This document shows, piece after piece, positions 13,301-28,300 of a DNA stretch of 64,000 bases. The first letter of the stretch is position 1, and every line of letters starts with the position of its first letter. The DNA comes from Nemertoderma westbladi (taxonomy: Eukaryota > Animalia > Xenacoelomorpha): contig JAUCBJ010003571.1 of the NCBI GenBank assembly GCA_032718475.1, positions 1 through 64,000 on the forward strand, given 5' to 3'. The position numbers and the translations under genes are program-made. The notes under the pieces were generated by a model. That model did not search any database and was not told the DNA's origin. It saw only the letters and a program-made list of their open reading frames with translations.

Positions 13301-16300
13301 TAAAATGCTAAGCTGTGGGAAACCAAAATACAATGATAAATGAAAGTACTCATTACCAAGAATTATCAAATTTATAACTTCATTTGGAAATAAGTAACTA
13401 ACCTTAGCTCCACTACTTTCTTTAGACACCTTTCCCTTCTCGCATATGCATTGTGTAACGCTGTGACTGTCGCCACATGGCTGACTGGAATCCAAAGAAT
13501 ATTTACAACTATCACCACCCGGCAAGCAATCATAATCTAAAAAAATATTTACCATTTAAACATTAATCATAGTACTTAAGATTATAGGGTTATTTCGATG
13601 TAAATTAACCCCTTTAGTATAATGTAATATTGAATTGTTGGATCAATTAAAATGTTGCGCCACGACCATATCATTAATGTACTCACTGATGCAATTTCCG
13701 CGACTTTCCGGGTCAGGCACGGCGGCTGTGTTATCAGATGGGGACGCCACGCAGAGGCCAGTATTGTCTGTAGCGCACAGGATACCGCCTTTCAAACATT
13801 GTTTGATACTCAACTCGAGTTGAGTGCGGGAGAACACAAACGCTACGGTTGCTGAGCTGCTTGGGTTGTTACGGGCTGCACATTTATAATCGGCTGTATC
13901 ACCTTCAGTTATTTTGGGAAACGTCAAAGTCTGTCCAGTTTCTGCAATGTAAATTACATTTAATAATTCCCAACTTTTAACAAATTTAAATACCGCACTA
14001 TGTGGTTTTAGGAATACGAAATGAATTACTATTACTTCTCTACAGGATCAAACCTTGAATGAGCTGAGCATTCTGACGGTCTGCTTATTCTAGGATCCAT
14101 ATGACAGATAAGGCCAATAGTGACGCAAGTGAAATAAAGTTATATTTAATATTTTGGTTAGAAAAACCACCATTGTAACCTGCGCCTTCCCCGGGCCCCT
14201 TTATGTATATAATTAAATTAATTTCGTAAATACACTATAAAGTGGTTATTTTGCGCCATTAACTCCCATTAGTATATTGAGCCTTGATTAGTATCAACCA
14301 TTCTGAAAATCGGTGTAGGAAGCAGCAGCCACCAGTTACTACTCAGCATATAACTGTACAGTTTATAGTAGTTTATAGATGAGATAAATTTTACCACTAT
14401 ATCGTGGCAAATTTTTTACTATGGAGTTTGTAATTATTTAATAAAAATTAAAACTACAAGCATCTCTAATAATATTTGAACTTACCAGCCAATTTAACAT
14501 CGCCTTTGAACCATTGGAACTCATATATATCTGGGAACCCATTCCCCGTGCATTTCAGTTCCACGTAATCCCCTACCACGACCTCTCCCGCGTTTTCAGG
14601 GGGTTGGGTTCTTTTGATCTCCACGTTGGACGAGGGGCCAGTCACTTCCAGTTTTACTCTGTTGCTCGCCAAATTGTCAATCGAGCTCTAGAATATAAAT
14701 TAGGTTTTATGGATACTAGATAAAAATAAGTATTGAAAGAAGCAGTTTATTGTCACATTTTTTCCATTTATCTGCTTATTTATATTGGTATAGTTTTGCA
14801 CTCTGGCATTTTAGCCAACTCGTGTGAATCAATATGAAGGCAGAGGAATTGTCAAAAAGTGACAAAACTGAAATTACAATTTTCGAATACGCTTCATTCA
14901 ATAAACCATTTAATCTAAATATCAAATGAAGTGCCTCAATTATTTCAATTTTTCCACAATTCAACTAATCTGGCCATCGATGTGTGTAATGTTTTCGAAC
15001 AAGTGAACTGATGATAAAGGCAATGAATATCAAATTGGAAAAAATACATTTATCTTTGGAAATTATCGTTGCAAAACAAACTACTTGAAACTGATGCCAT
15101 TTGTAGAATATAGTGATTTAATTACCACACTAAGCTAAAGGATGCAAAAGCTAGAGGATGTTTGGAAATATTTTCTTTGACAAATCAACCTTTTATCTCA
15201 TAAATTTGTAGAAAATAGTGTAAGAAAGTACTGTTTTCGCATACTATTATTACGTTCTATAGATAGATAGATAGATAGATTTATTTATACATTATGTAAA
15301 AACAATAACAAATACACCAAACAATGTACCGGTATAAAGGTATTGTCTAACATAACATATAGGATTACCCCTAAAGCTTTTCAGCTTATTTCCAAGGGCT
15401 TCCTTTATGTTACTCGGTTACAAATACAATATTACACTACGCTAACCTAAAACTAATATAAACATAATTACACTATGTACATGTACAACTTTACCGAGAG
15501 CGTGACAATGTCCGACTCAACGATAAATATGTAATGTACAGAACAATTTAATATAAAACGTAATTACACTATGTACATGTACAACTTTACCGAGAGTGTG
15601 ACAATGTCCAACTCAACGATAAAGATGTAATGTACAGAACAATTTATTATAAAATGTAATTACAGTATAAATAGTACATAATTAATAAACTAATAACTTA
15701 CTGTAGGACTATTGTACCTATTTTTACATTGCACACAGAGGTGAGATTTAACTGCAGATTTAAAAGAATGTTGATTATCTAGGTTTTTAATTTCATTAGG
15801 CAGAGCGTTCCAATTTTTAATGCCGTTTAAAAAAGAAAGTATCAGATTCAAAGGCTTTACAATTCGGGAGGTAGAAGTTTGAAGCACTAGCTCTGGTACT
15901 GTAAGAGTGTGTATCGCGTACTCTGTTGAATTTTTGTTTTAGGTAATTGGGACATTTACCATTATACACTTTATGCACATGGTTAAGGCGTAGCTGCTTA
16001 ACTCTACTATCTAAGTTAAGTAGTCCAGATTCAGAAAAGTCATCTGGAGTTGGGTGGTGCTGGGTTGAGTTGGGGTGAGTTGGGTTCTATCATTAAATTT
16101 AGTGATAGAAATTCGTTCTATTACTAAATGTTATGTTAGAAAGTCCAAAAATCGAATAACATAGAATATAGAATGATATAGAAATACCTTCATTCAGCAA
16201 TAATTGATACTTTAAGTTGCTAAGAATACATTTATTTTGAATCGTAGTTACTGTAATTATATTTATATATTCTCAAATAATCTTACATGTTTGCAGAAAT

Positions 16301-19300
16301 AGTAGCCGGAATCTTTTTGGTCCTGGGCCAAGGAAATGGTATAAGTAATACCGGTTTGAACTTCAACTACAGTTGAGACGTCGGGGCGTTCAAAGTCAAT
16401 ATCAGTCGGAATAATCCCATCCAAAATACAAACGAAAATCACAGCTTCGCCAGCAGCCACTACAACTACTTGATCGGCTGTTGATATCGGAATAGTTCTA
16501 CCTGGAACATCCACCCTCATATCTATACCTAGAAGATACAGGATGGGGAATTATAGTAGTTGTACCGGGGGCATCCACACTCATATCCAACAAAGATAAT
16601 GTAGATTGGCATCAGGGAGGTAGAAAGACATTTATGTGGCAACCAGAATGGTTTCTGTAGAGTTGGGGCACTTATGACTCCTTAGTCCCTTTAAAATATT
16701 TACTTTCATTGAAGAACAAACAGCCAGGAATGTCGGCAATGTAATCGTCAATCAGCTTTCCTTTTTGCAGACTTTAATGCCTAAAGAAGTTTACAAAAAT
16801 GTTTCACTGATTAATTATATGAAATTAACCTCATTAATATGATTTCTTCCATTTATAGGCTGGTAAACAACGATCCTATTTATTATTATTTTTGACAAAT
16901 TACCATTCACTGTACTTTTATATATATGAAATGTGATCCCATTATTTGGCTTATAATAGGATTTTGAAACGATAAAATCTTACCCATAAACTTATCCCTA
17001 GAGTATCTTATAATTAAGATTCACAAGAAGCCAGAAAGATCTGGATCACCATCAAAAGGTGTTACAGGTTTCAAATTTGCTGATTGCTGAATTAATTGTG
17101 GGAGCTGTCACCATTGTTGGTATATTTTATTAAGAGCTACAAGTGGAAACTCCTGCGAGAGTCACTCAATACTCGAGCAGTAGATTACCAGCAGTTGATT
17201 GACAATATTTACTTCTCGTTTGAAACTTTAGTTCACATTGACCATTTCTGCTATCCAGTCGTCATGCATATAGTCATTTATATAGAGTTTGGTGGAAGAC
17301 CTTCGCATCCAAAAATCGATGGCTTACTATCACTGCCCTACTAATGCTGGAAACCAGCATTCCATGATTAAGAAATATGCTCAGTTGGATGGATAGGTTC
17401 CTAAGGTACTACTTTTCTTTGGAGGGTGTATTTATTGCCCGGAATATCGCAGCAGAGAACACCATCTCCATCAAAACTTTAAAGCAACCATCTCTAGCTG
17501 CTCAATTCCACTGGACTTAAATATATCGCAATAATTAGTAATAAGAATATCGCAAACTTGGAAGCAGTACATGTGAAGGTGAACCTCTCTTCTCTACCTT
17601 ACTACAGTACAGGCCACCAGATAACGCAGATTTGTACAATTGTGAACACATTTTATCAAATGTGTACCAGTGTAATGTAATGTTGTTGAACGGGACAATT
17701 GAACATAATTGAACATAATTGAATTGGCAACAACCAAAATTTTTTCGCCAAAGGATACAATTGAATACTTTTGAAACGCTTAGTAATCTGGAAATTCTCT
17801 GTAGTTTGCCGCCAACTGTCACTCACTGCAGCTGGAAATGCAATAAGGATATTGTTTACCTTTATAGTGTGCGGTTAATAGTGTCTAGTAGGCAGGCCTA
17901 TAGCTAGTGATGTTAAAGCATGTTTCTGGTCTTTCTCTGTGCCCTCTCGGTGTCAGACTAATAGTGCGACATCTCCCTGCACTAAATTAATTATTCAATG
18001 GTCTAGGCTCCTCCATCCACATACCCATCCACTTCCATACACTCCATGAACCTCCATGTGGTCTTGTATGTAGTTCTCTCTCTACCAATACAGCCCATGT
18101 CCGCAATGTTACGCCCTGGGGGCTCTCTCATCTACCTGATATCAGACATACAGGCGCACCACACGCAAAGCCTTTGTCGGTCCCAGCAAGTTAGCCTCCT
18201 GCTGTGTGATCTAGAAGATAACTCGCCATAACCTGCCAATCAGATGACTTGAACAAATGTGTTAACATGTGATCACATTGGATGAAATCTGCTTTTTCTG
18301 GTGGCCTGTACTGTACTACTCTAATCTCATAGTTCGCCTCCATGTATGCCTAAGCTTACTATTCAGCTAGAAATTATGCTCCATCCGTTATTAAATTTAA
18401 TTTGGTTTAACTTGTACAATACTTCCATGATCTTACAAAGAATCTACAATATTAAAAAATCGATATAGTCGAATTATTTGCCAGTACAGTGAATCACTGG
18501 GCGGATATGGCATCTACAATAATTAGTAACAACAATAACAATATATTAATGAGATATGCGAAACGCATTAAACACATAGAATTTCGTAAAATTATTAAAA
18601 AAAAGAAATTCGCAAACTTACCAAACACGTTGAAACTTTCCTTTTGGGACTTGTAGGTGGTAGCCGAGGAACCCGAAGCTTCACACTTGTAATCTCCACC
18701 ATTGTCCGCTGCATTGGCATTGGTTATTGGGAAAGTTGGCTGAGTAACTTCCTGTTCAACCCAGGCGCTGCCACTTGGTCTAATGTAAAAAATTGTTTCT
18801 AGTTAAATAGTTAAGGTTTTCTTAATTATTTGAATTACCCACCAAAACTATACTCCCCAGATGCTATTGGTACTCAAAGAAACTTTTAGACTATACCTTT
18901 TTAGATTGCATAATCGTAGAAATTTGTCTTCGAGCTCCATCTTAATTTGTGTCCGAAATACTTGTCGTGCGAAATCAACTATGTACGATACTTTTAAACG
19001 ATGGTGTCGATAACTATTTTAACTAAGAGTATATTTTAACTACGAACACGAACAACCTATATTTTAATGCCTAATGTTATTATTTTATTTTATTGTAATT
19101 TGTGCCATTAATTTTAGATATGACCATGATTTGTTTGAAATAAATAAATAAATAAATATTCGTTAAATTTCTTAAATTTTATTACGTTGAAAATGCATCG
19201 AAGTAGAAAAGATATGCAAGTGATTTGAGCAAAAGCCATTCACACACTCACAAGTTATTGCCACTTCGCTGACTGCAAGACTACTCCAAAACGGTAGGCC

Positions 19301-22300
19301 TACTCAATATCCAATATTGGTTTATGTAGTTATGCAGCTTTCTAGTTACGTAATAAATTAGTTAACATTGGGGCATCATCAGGAATTAAAGAGAGCAATA
19401 ATTTGAATCGCAATAACTATGGAAGCAACAGTTCAATTTATTTTGTAACATTGTATACCAATTTAAGAATAAAATTATGTATTATATTATAGAAAAAAAA
19501 GTAGAAAATTTTTCTCAATATTCTGTCGTCCATTTATTAACTTCGCTGGCATTAAATAAAATAAAATACCACGTGAATAGGGAAAAAAAGGTTTTAACGC
19601 TTTTTCCCACTACTGTATTACAATCTACAGTATTATTGTACTAAATATAAACCAAATATTCTAAATTATTAAAAATTTAAATTTGTTAAAAAATTGTTCA
19701 TATTATTTATCTGTATAACTGAGATTGATATTACAGAGTTAAAAGGCTCGTTATAGAATTAAATCGGCACTAAATTACAGGATTGTTAACAAACAAGTAA
19801 TAGTAACAAACAAACAATATAGTAATAAATTAAATGGTACTAAATAGTTCAATATATTACAACTCTTTCAAATATTATACTTATTTCGCTTACAATCGTT
19901 TATACCATTTGTAGGAATTAGTTCCATCCAATGTTGGGTTGACGGCGCATGCAAATGTGATGCTCGACCCTTTCTTTGCTGTGTTACTCGGAACCACTAA
20001 TACTGCAAAAATTATTGTAAAATAATTTAGGATAACAAAAATAGTTGCATAAAGATGACAATACATAATACATACAGGTTTTTATACAATCAAAAACTAC
20101 ATTAGAATCCCATATATATATATAGATTTATTGTCATATTAAATTATTTTAGTTCGAAAATAAATCGCACAAATATTTAATGCATAATATGACCCAGTCA
20201 CCATAATATTATTTTATTCTATAGTATGTTAATATTGGCCTAAAAGAAATTATATAAGTAATACAGTAGTAAAGTCGTAACACGATTAACATTAATTTAA
20301 AAATGATAGAGTAATAGAGTAAAAGTTACCAACAAACAGGTTTGGGTAAGTTAAGGGATTTAACCCTTTCAATCACAAAGTACCATATATGGGCACCAAC
20401 ATTTAGGGTATAAATTGCATTCAAAGAAGCTTTAAATTCAGGGACTATTGCATTTAATTAGAAAAAAAATACATGGATTTGCTCAAAACGTAATTTTACA
20501 GTACTGCCATTGCCAACAAGTCCCCGATATTGGCTACTTCATAATAGCTGTTCTTGGCAATATTTTTCCTGAAATATTGACAGTTCCCAATCACTACAAT
20601 GGATGGTACACCTCTTGAAAAAAATATGAGCAAATTGGCTGACATCTCCACTAACATTTCCAACCAATAACAATAGGCCATTACCAAATCACTGAATGAG
20701 CTGATTAGTTTAAACAGGTGGGCATATATGGGCCACTGGGCATGTACAGTATGATTAGATTTTTTTACACTACTGCTCTACAGCACTATATTGCAGTATT
20801 GCCATTCTGTGTTACTGTAATATTCAGCAATTAAGTACAGTAGGAGGGTAAATGGCCTAGTACCTAGTTAGCTCGGGCGCCGGACTGTGTAGTGTAACGA
20901 ACATTCAACAATGATGTCTGATAGATGATAGGCCTATCTTGGTACACTACCATTTGCTGGTACTGACCGGTATGTTTTACAGAGCTATCTATTTCATCAG
21001 TTAGGTAGGCCTATAGTAATATTGGAGGTAGGCCTACCTACACCCACGCTGTAGGGTGTTGCTCTCTGGTTGGGCAGATATACCGGTACAGTGTAGCGTA
21101 ACAATACAGCAACAATGGATGGAGACATTATTATTCGTCCCAAAGGAAATGGAAGAAGTGAAACTCAGTTAGTTGTTCTCCCGGATGCGGATGATTCCGA
21201 TCCAGAAATATTCTCAGAGGATGTCGATTTTCAGGGTTTCGAGGGGTTTGACTGTCCTGGCCTTAGTGATAGTGTTAGCAATTCCGGTCCTTTAAGTGAT
21301 TGTGACAGTGATGACAATTTTCCGGATTATCATGGTTTCGAGGGGCACGACCAGGATCATAATGTTAGAGATACCGGGCAATTAAGTTGTAATATGGACT
21401 CCAATAGTGATGACAGTTGTATAGTCTTATCAAAGATCAGTACACAATCTAAGGCCAAAACGAATCCTAAAGCAACTGGGTCTAAGGTGACAGGGTCTAA
21501 GAGCAAAACAGGTCGTAAGAGGACTGGAAAGATAACTAAGAAGCCTTCTAAAAACGATAAATTTTCTTGGGTGGATTTAGATACCAGAAAGGAATTACCT
21601 AAAGGAGAATGGAAGGGGGGGGGGGGGGGGTATCTTATACCATACCAGACAAAGTTTTGGACCCAATCGACTACTTTACTTTATACTTCTCAAGGGAAAT
21701 GATTAATCTCATTGTAGAACAAACAAATATATTCTCTGTGCAGCAGGGTTCTAGTTTTCGAACAAGTACAATAGAAATAGAAACTTACTTAGCTTTGTTG
21801 TTGCGTATGGGTATATATCGACTTCCACGTACAGAATGTACTGGGAAGATGGATTTCGTATCCCCGGTATTGCCGACCACATATCTCGAAATCGTTTTTC
21901 TGATGTCAATCGCTTTCTACATTTTCGAGATAATACTATGATAATTACGAATCCACGGGATGCTGTCTATGACAGGATAGCCAAGATTCGTCCCCTTCTA
22001 GATCTTCTTAGAGAGGCTTGTATTTTGTTTACAACTGAGGAATTCATATCGATCGACGAACAAATGATTCCATTCAAGGGGCGTACCATTCTGCGTCAAT
22101 ATTTACCAAATAAACCAAAACAGTGGGGCATCAAAGTTTATAGTCGCAACAGTATATCTGGGTTTATGCACGACTTTTTTATATATGTAGGTCATGTTGA
22201 AGTAGACAAATCCTGTGGCTTTCAAACTGGTGATTATGTGATAAAACTCCTGGAATCTGTTCCTAATAATTGTAACTACTTGGTGTACTTCGATAATTAT

Positions 22301-25300
22301 TTCAACTTCCCAGAACTTCAATTATTGCTAAAGAGTATGGGGTTCAATTCAGTTGGAACTCTTAGGAAGGATCGGATCCGTGGTTGCAACTTAGAAAGTG
22401 AAGCTGAATTAATGAAACGTGGGCGTGGTTCAACCTCAACAAAGATAGATCGAAATTCAGGTCTTGTGATTGTTCGTTAGTTAGACAATCGAATGGTGCA
22501 GTTATCATCGACCCATGTGGCCTTGGAGCCAGTAGAAGAGATTCAGAGATGGTCAAAGGCCGAAAATAAGAAAGTTACTGTTGGTCAACCAGCGATTGTA
22601 AAAGAGTATAACTCGAGGATGGGAGGCGTGGATCTCTGCGATATGTTGAGATCACTATATGTATGGGACCATAAGTGTACAAAATGGTATAAAAGAGTCT
22701 TCTTGTGGGCACTAAATGTAGCAACAGTAAATGCATGGTTGCATTATAAGAAGGACGCAAAGAACGACACAACCTGTTTGTTGAAATCCAAAAAAATGGA
22801 TTTGTTGTCCTTTACAGAAGCCATATCAACATCTTTGCTTTTCCTCGATAAGATGCCGCCATCGCTGGTGAGGAAGCGAGGCCGTCCAGGAGGAGACTCT
22901 GCTACCTCTAGTCCAGCACCAAGTGTTTCGGGGGTGTTTGTTACTGGACTCTCCGGTTTATGCTGCCGCTATGCCGCACAGCTGATATCAAATGGATACC
23001 ACCACCGCATCTGCACCAATCCCAGTTGTTGGAGGCCAGCTGATTGCTGTGAATGCTGGATGTGTGGTTGCTCAGCAACCACCAAACAACATTACCTGGA
23101 ATGCCAGGCTATCCCCCTTTGCAGATCCCGCCTACGAACAGCAATCTGGCTGATGAGCACTGAGCGACCCCAAATGCGCAGTTAATACGTCAAATTTTAA
23201 TCATTTACGGAATATCCTTTTTTACATAAGTTACGGAACTAATTACATTTTTTTTCTATAACTACAGTAACACCGGTAGCCTACCTACATTACATTACAT
23301 AAGCAGACTGTCTGATGTGTATGTTATTATTGTGTTTTTTCATTTAGTTTTTTTCATTTAGTTTAATTACATTTTATCTAATTATATGGTCACATTATTG
23401 TTTTAATTTAATTTTAACTAGTATCTCAGTTGTTCCATATGTATGGATTATAAATATTAACAATACAAAGCATTATTTTTATTAAAGTTATTATTATTAA
23501 ATGATGTTCTATTAAGTGATACTACTACTACTAGGTCGAGCGAACTCGGACAGTGGAAATGAGATTCTTCCAGGCTTCCCTATTCTCCATAGTTGTCGCA
23601 ATTTCGTTTCTCCCAAGTTCAGTATCCCTTTCAAGTTGATCTATATATATCCACGACTACGCTTTCCATGAGTTGGTTGCCAGAAAAGTAGATCTGGTAT
23701 GACCTCGTCTTTACTTCGCCAGCAGTGCCCACTGAATCTTAATCTGCGTTCACGTAGGGTGGTTGATACAGGTGGTATTGTACCATAAAGCTCATCGTTT
23801 GTCATTTTGTTGTCTCCAGCTGATGTTTAGGGATGCCCTTAGTAGTCTTGTGTAGCAACCATCAATGCGTTGTTCAAGTGATTTAGTCAGTGTCCAGGTC
23901 GCACCCCTGTATAAAAATACACTTTCCACTGTGGCTCGAAAGAACTTAGTCTTCAGGTGCCTGGAGAGACCTGATTTCCAGATGGTATCCATTTTTGATA
24001 GAGCTGCCCAAGCCTTTGCTTTCCTAACTTCTTTGTCCTTTTTGCTGCTCTCAATCCATGATCCTAGGTACTGGAAGTCGTTGATCTTCCTTAGTTGATT
24101 ATTATCAATGGTTGTCAAGTTTCCATCAACATTAAAGGTCATGAATTCGGTCTTGGTAGCATTTATATGCAATCCAACCTCCTTAGCAGCCATCTCCACT
24201 TTATTTAGTAGAAGCTGTAAATCTGCTTGCGTATTAGAGCAGGGCGATGTCATCTGCAAAGTCAGTGTCTGTGACTGTAGTTGCCGGATATCTACTACTT
24301 CTGCATTCTTGAAGTGTGAATCCCAGATCTTCACCCTTTATGGCAGTCCTCATTGCGTAATCCAGTACAATTACAAATAGTGATGGTGCTAATGTGTCAC
24401 CTTGCAGTACGCCAGCCAGGATTGAGAAAACTTTCAAAAAGTTTCACCATCTGGTGAGAGTACCTGTGCTTCTGAGTCACAATATAACAATCCAATGCCA
24501 GCAACAATTACTTCTGGTATTCCATAAGCTCTTAGGATTTCAAGCATTTTACCTCTATGGATGGAGTCTAATGCTTTCTTGGAGTCCACAAAAGTCATGA
24601 CTGCGGGGAGATTCTTTGACTTAATTCCTTCAATCAGTCTCGGTAGTGCAAGTATCTGAGCTATTAATTGTTGCTCTATTTGGTCGAAATCCGTTTAATA
24701 AGTGATACTTTAGCTATAAATTAAAAATTAAAATAAAGACCTATGAACCTCTATATCTTAATGGTTATTTTCCTATTTTTTGTCAGTTTAAAAAAATTCG
24801 GAAGAATTGATTACCCAAAAAACTTACCCACAACATATACATTTGCTACAGAACCCGATATCTTTCCAGAATAGTCGCCGCTGCCAGATTGAGCCTCCAC
24901 ACCACAAGAATATTCCCCGCCTTGAGTCGTATCAGCCACGTTACTTATTGTGAGACTATTGCCTGAAATACTCATCTAAAATTCGAATATGCAACGTTAC
25001 ATTGGCAATTAAAGTAAAGATTGTATAATTAGTCCAACTACAAAAACGTAATTTTGAATATAAAACATAAATTCTCCAGAGAACACATCCAGAAGTAATA
25101 CTCTTGTTGTAACAATATAATATATTGTCATTATGTTATTATTTGTTTATATCATCGTACTGACCCAATATCCCTTTTTTATATAATATAATTCTATATT
25201 TAATATCGCGTAATACAATGATTCACTATTTAAATGAGCAATTAATAACAGTTAGTATCTCATTCAATTCATTTTCCTTTCATAAACATCTGTTTACCGA

Positions 25301-28300
25301 CTGCTGGATTCAAATTCCTCTTTCGTCCTCCACTAGATGATATCTCTTTGATCTTCTCTTCATTTTCTTCTCTTTTCTCTGTGACTTCTAGACCTACTCC
25401 CTCTGTACACATTGTAATATTCATTATTTTTCACATAATTTTAAAGCTCCACAATTTGAACTATGCAGAATTTGAGGCAGTGCAGTGGCGGTGTTACACC
25501 ACCTGGCTTCGACAGCCATAGCACATGTTAAATTGAAAATTATTCATAGGTGGGGTGGGGCTGGTTGGATAGCACGTTTGGTAGTTATTGGCCACCATGT
25601 AGACTACCCAATTTATACTTTATTATTAATATTTAAAATAAATATTCGGGTCCATCCCGGTAATAATATTAATATTATTAATAAGAATGGGTATATAGAT
25701 ATACATTTATCATATACACTGTATAATATATAAGCATACACGTGTGTAGTGCGATATTACTTACACCACTGGGAAGGGCATTAGTAGCAATTGTTTGACC
25801 AGAAGGAAGTTCCCAGAAGTATCCAATGTTGTTCAGGTTAGCGGGGCTGAAAGTTGTTGGGCATGTTAATTCAATGGTAATGGTTCCACCATTCTCTACA
25901 TAAGTATATGTCACAGTGATGTCTGCAGAGATATAAATGTATTGCTACAAGATATTTCCGTTTTGCACTATGGTGTAATACCAGCAGATCCAGAAATAAC
26001 TTACTCTTTCCAAGTTCATATTAGTTACTCCAAGGACATGGGTTATACCTAATGCTGTCTGTAATTTAGGACAAAATTCAAACAACCTGTCGTCAACACA
26101 CCGTAATCCATCACCATAATTCATCATTAAATATAAGACATTAACAATGAGCCTCCTGATCTATGATGCCATTTTGCTTTTCCTAATCTTGATATTTTAG
26201 CATACAGATAAATCATAAAAAGATATTAATAGCAAATAATAACGACATACAAAAGATATAAAACTCGGAATTAACTTACCACCAAATGTTACTGTCGCAA
26301 TATCCATGGTTCTTGTTGCGATAACATTTCCAGATAGAGAAACATCACACTGGTAGGTTGATTGCTGATTAATGGTTTCCTCATGCACAGAGCCAGTTTG
26401 GGATATAGCTGCTCCATTTTTCGTCCAGGCGTATATTTCGCCAGTCTCACCCATTTGTACAACACAATCCATTGTTACTGAGACGCCAGATTTTACCAGA
26501 TTGTTCTTGTTTACCCCAGTCAATTCAATTGCTAAACAATAAATTTTAAGAAATTTATTTTAGATACACATTTACGTGATCATGTAGATTTAAATGTTTT
26601 TCTATGAATACATTTTTAATTGGGAATGAAGCATAAAATGTCAGCATCTGCTATTATATCAAACATTGGCTGCATTTGCAGTACTGATTGGGAGTAGCAT
26701 GTACAGTACAACAGTACGCAGTTATGCACAATTTTCAATTAATCCCTGAGATAAATTTTTACCATATCACCAGCAGAAGAGAAGTAGTGGTCGCAGGTTA
26801 TTCAGGTATAAATGAAGTCTACCTTGACAAGTGTTGTATAATATGGAAGCAGTTGATTTCAATTGTAGACCTACTCCACAAGCATGGACACAGATGTCAC
26901 AAAGACCAGTTCCGGTCTAAATTAACAATATTATTTATCTTTTAAAACCGATATTTGTGATGAATCAAAGAACAAAGTTATATAGCAATGTTTAGGGCAA
27001 ACTATTGGTTACCTGCGTATTTGTACTTTACAGCCGTGGACTCAAAAGTGTTGATGATGGTATCTTTAATTTTCGGGAAAACTGTGACGTGACACTTAAT
27101 ATCCAGTCCAGAGTGAACCTTTAGATCAGCGATCGAGATCTCAGTAGTAACAGATGCAGTCCCTGTAGCCGTCTAAAATTATGTAATAATAAAATATATA
27201 TAAAATGTGGTTTATTTCAATTGCAGACAATTATTGTTGAGCAACCATTTATTAGTGAGGGACCATTATACTAGGGGTTTCACTGGTTGTAAGTGCTTCA
27301 TATTAGGATATAATATGGAGGGGGGAGGGATAGGTCTTATTAAGGGCGGGGGGGGGCTATACACCCCTTTGCTCAAATTTTCAAATTGTTGATTCTTTAT
27401 TTCGTCTAGAGCAAATTTTAACGGGGGTTACAAATCTAAAAACCGCATAGTGAGACCTCATTTAGTACTCGAGTTATAACTGTTTTTCCGTGTGACAGCG
27501 CGTCCGTCAAATTGTAAGAAAGACATAAGACAGACAGACTAGATTCCACCAAATATTAAAACTGACATCGGAAATGGAATCAGCGACCCCAAAAACTCCT
27601 GTAATAAAATTTTTAGCTCGTTGGTGTGCATCCTTCGTGCCAGAAATAATTAACCAAATAGAACACAGCCAGCCAATTTTGGCGGGACGGTTTAAACTTT
27701 GTAGGGCATTTTCTCGGAAGGACATTTTTCATTTTAGAATTACTACTCCTCCGTCATTTTTCATCCAATTTTCTTCGTTGTTGGCGCATTCGAACGAGCT
27801 TTGGAACGAACTCTTTAAGTGTTATCTTATGGAATTTTTTATAAATTTTACCATTTTGTGTAATTAGCCAAATTTAATTAAAAATATGATAATTAATTAA
27901 TTAAATGAATTAATTAAATTAAAAAAGGCTAATTAAAAATTCTATAAGATAACTTTTGTAGAATCGCTGTGACGCTGAGTCTAAAAAAGTTTGTTTCCTG
28001 AAATTTGGACCAAGATTGGGGGACTAGTAGCATTTTAGTGAAATCTTTAATTCTGCCTCCTGTCGCTAGGGTGAGGCTATAAATTTTCAAATTTTCCTGT
28101 ATAGGCTCCTAGGCCATCCATACAGTGGTTGGCCATGACAAAATAGCAATATTATCATTTAAGAGTAATTGACAGCCATTTAAAAAAATGTTCATGGGGG
28201 TGGTTCTGGTTATACAGTTGTGATCACAGTATTACAGTATCATTATGGAAATCGGGAACGGCAAGGACAACTGGACGACGTTGGTCTAGTTTAGTTTGCC

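Noticed and set aside
13256-13402. Hydrophobic ORF extensions past donors (also 26197-26279 and 31243-31539) as alternative transmembrane tails
   Set aside because: Expected from translating AT-rich intron; strong donors and in-phase downstream exons exist.
16700-18350. Possible further LINE remnants (also about 30480-31230 and 18900-19160)
   Set aside because: Only vague compositional or tail hints; no motif I could read with confidence.
19894-19906. Donor TG|GTATAA for exon 23
   Set aside because: Would create TGA on joining exon 24; the downstream TT|GTAAGC keeps the frame.
21115-23185. Domesticated PGBD gene
   Set aside because: Frameshifts, an internal stop, a retained transposon end and a missing C-terminal domain indicate a decayed element.
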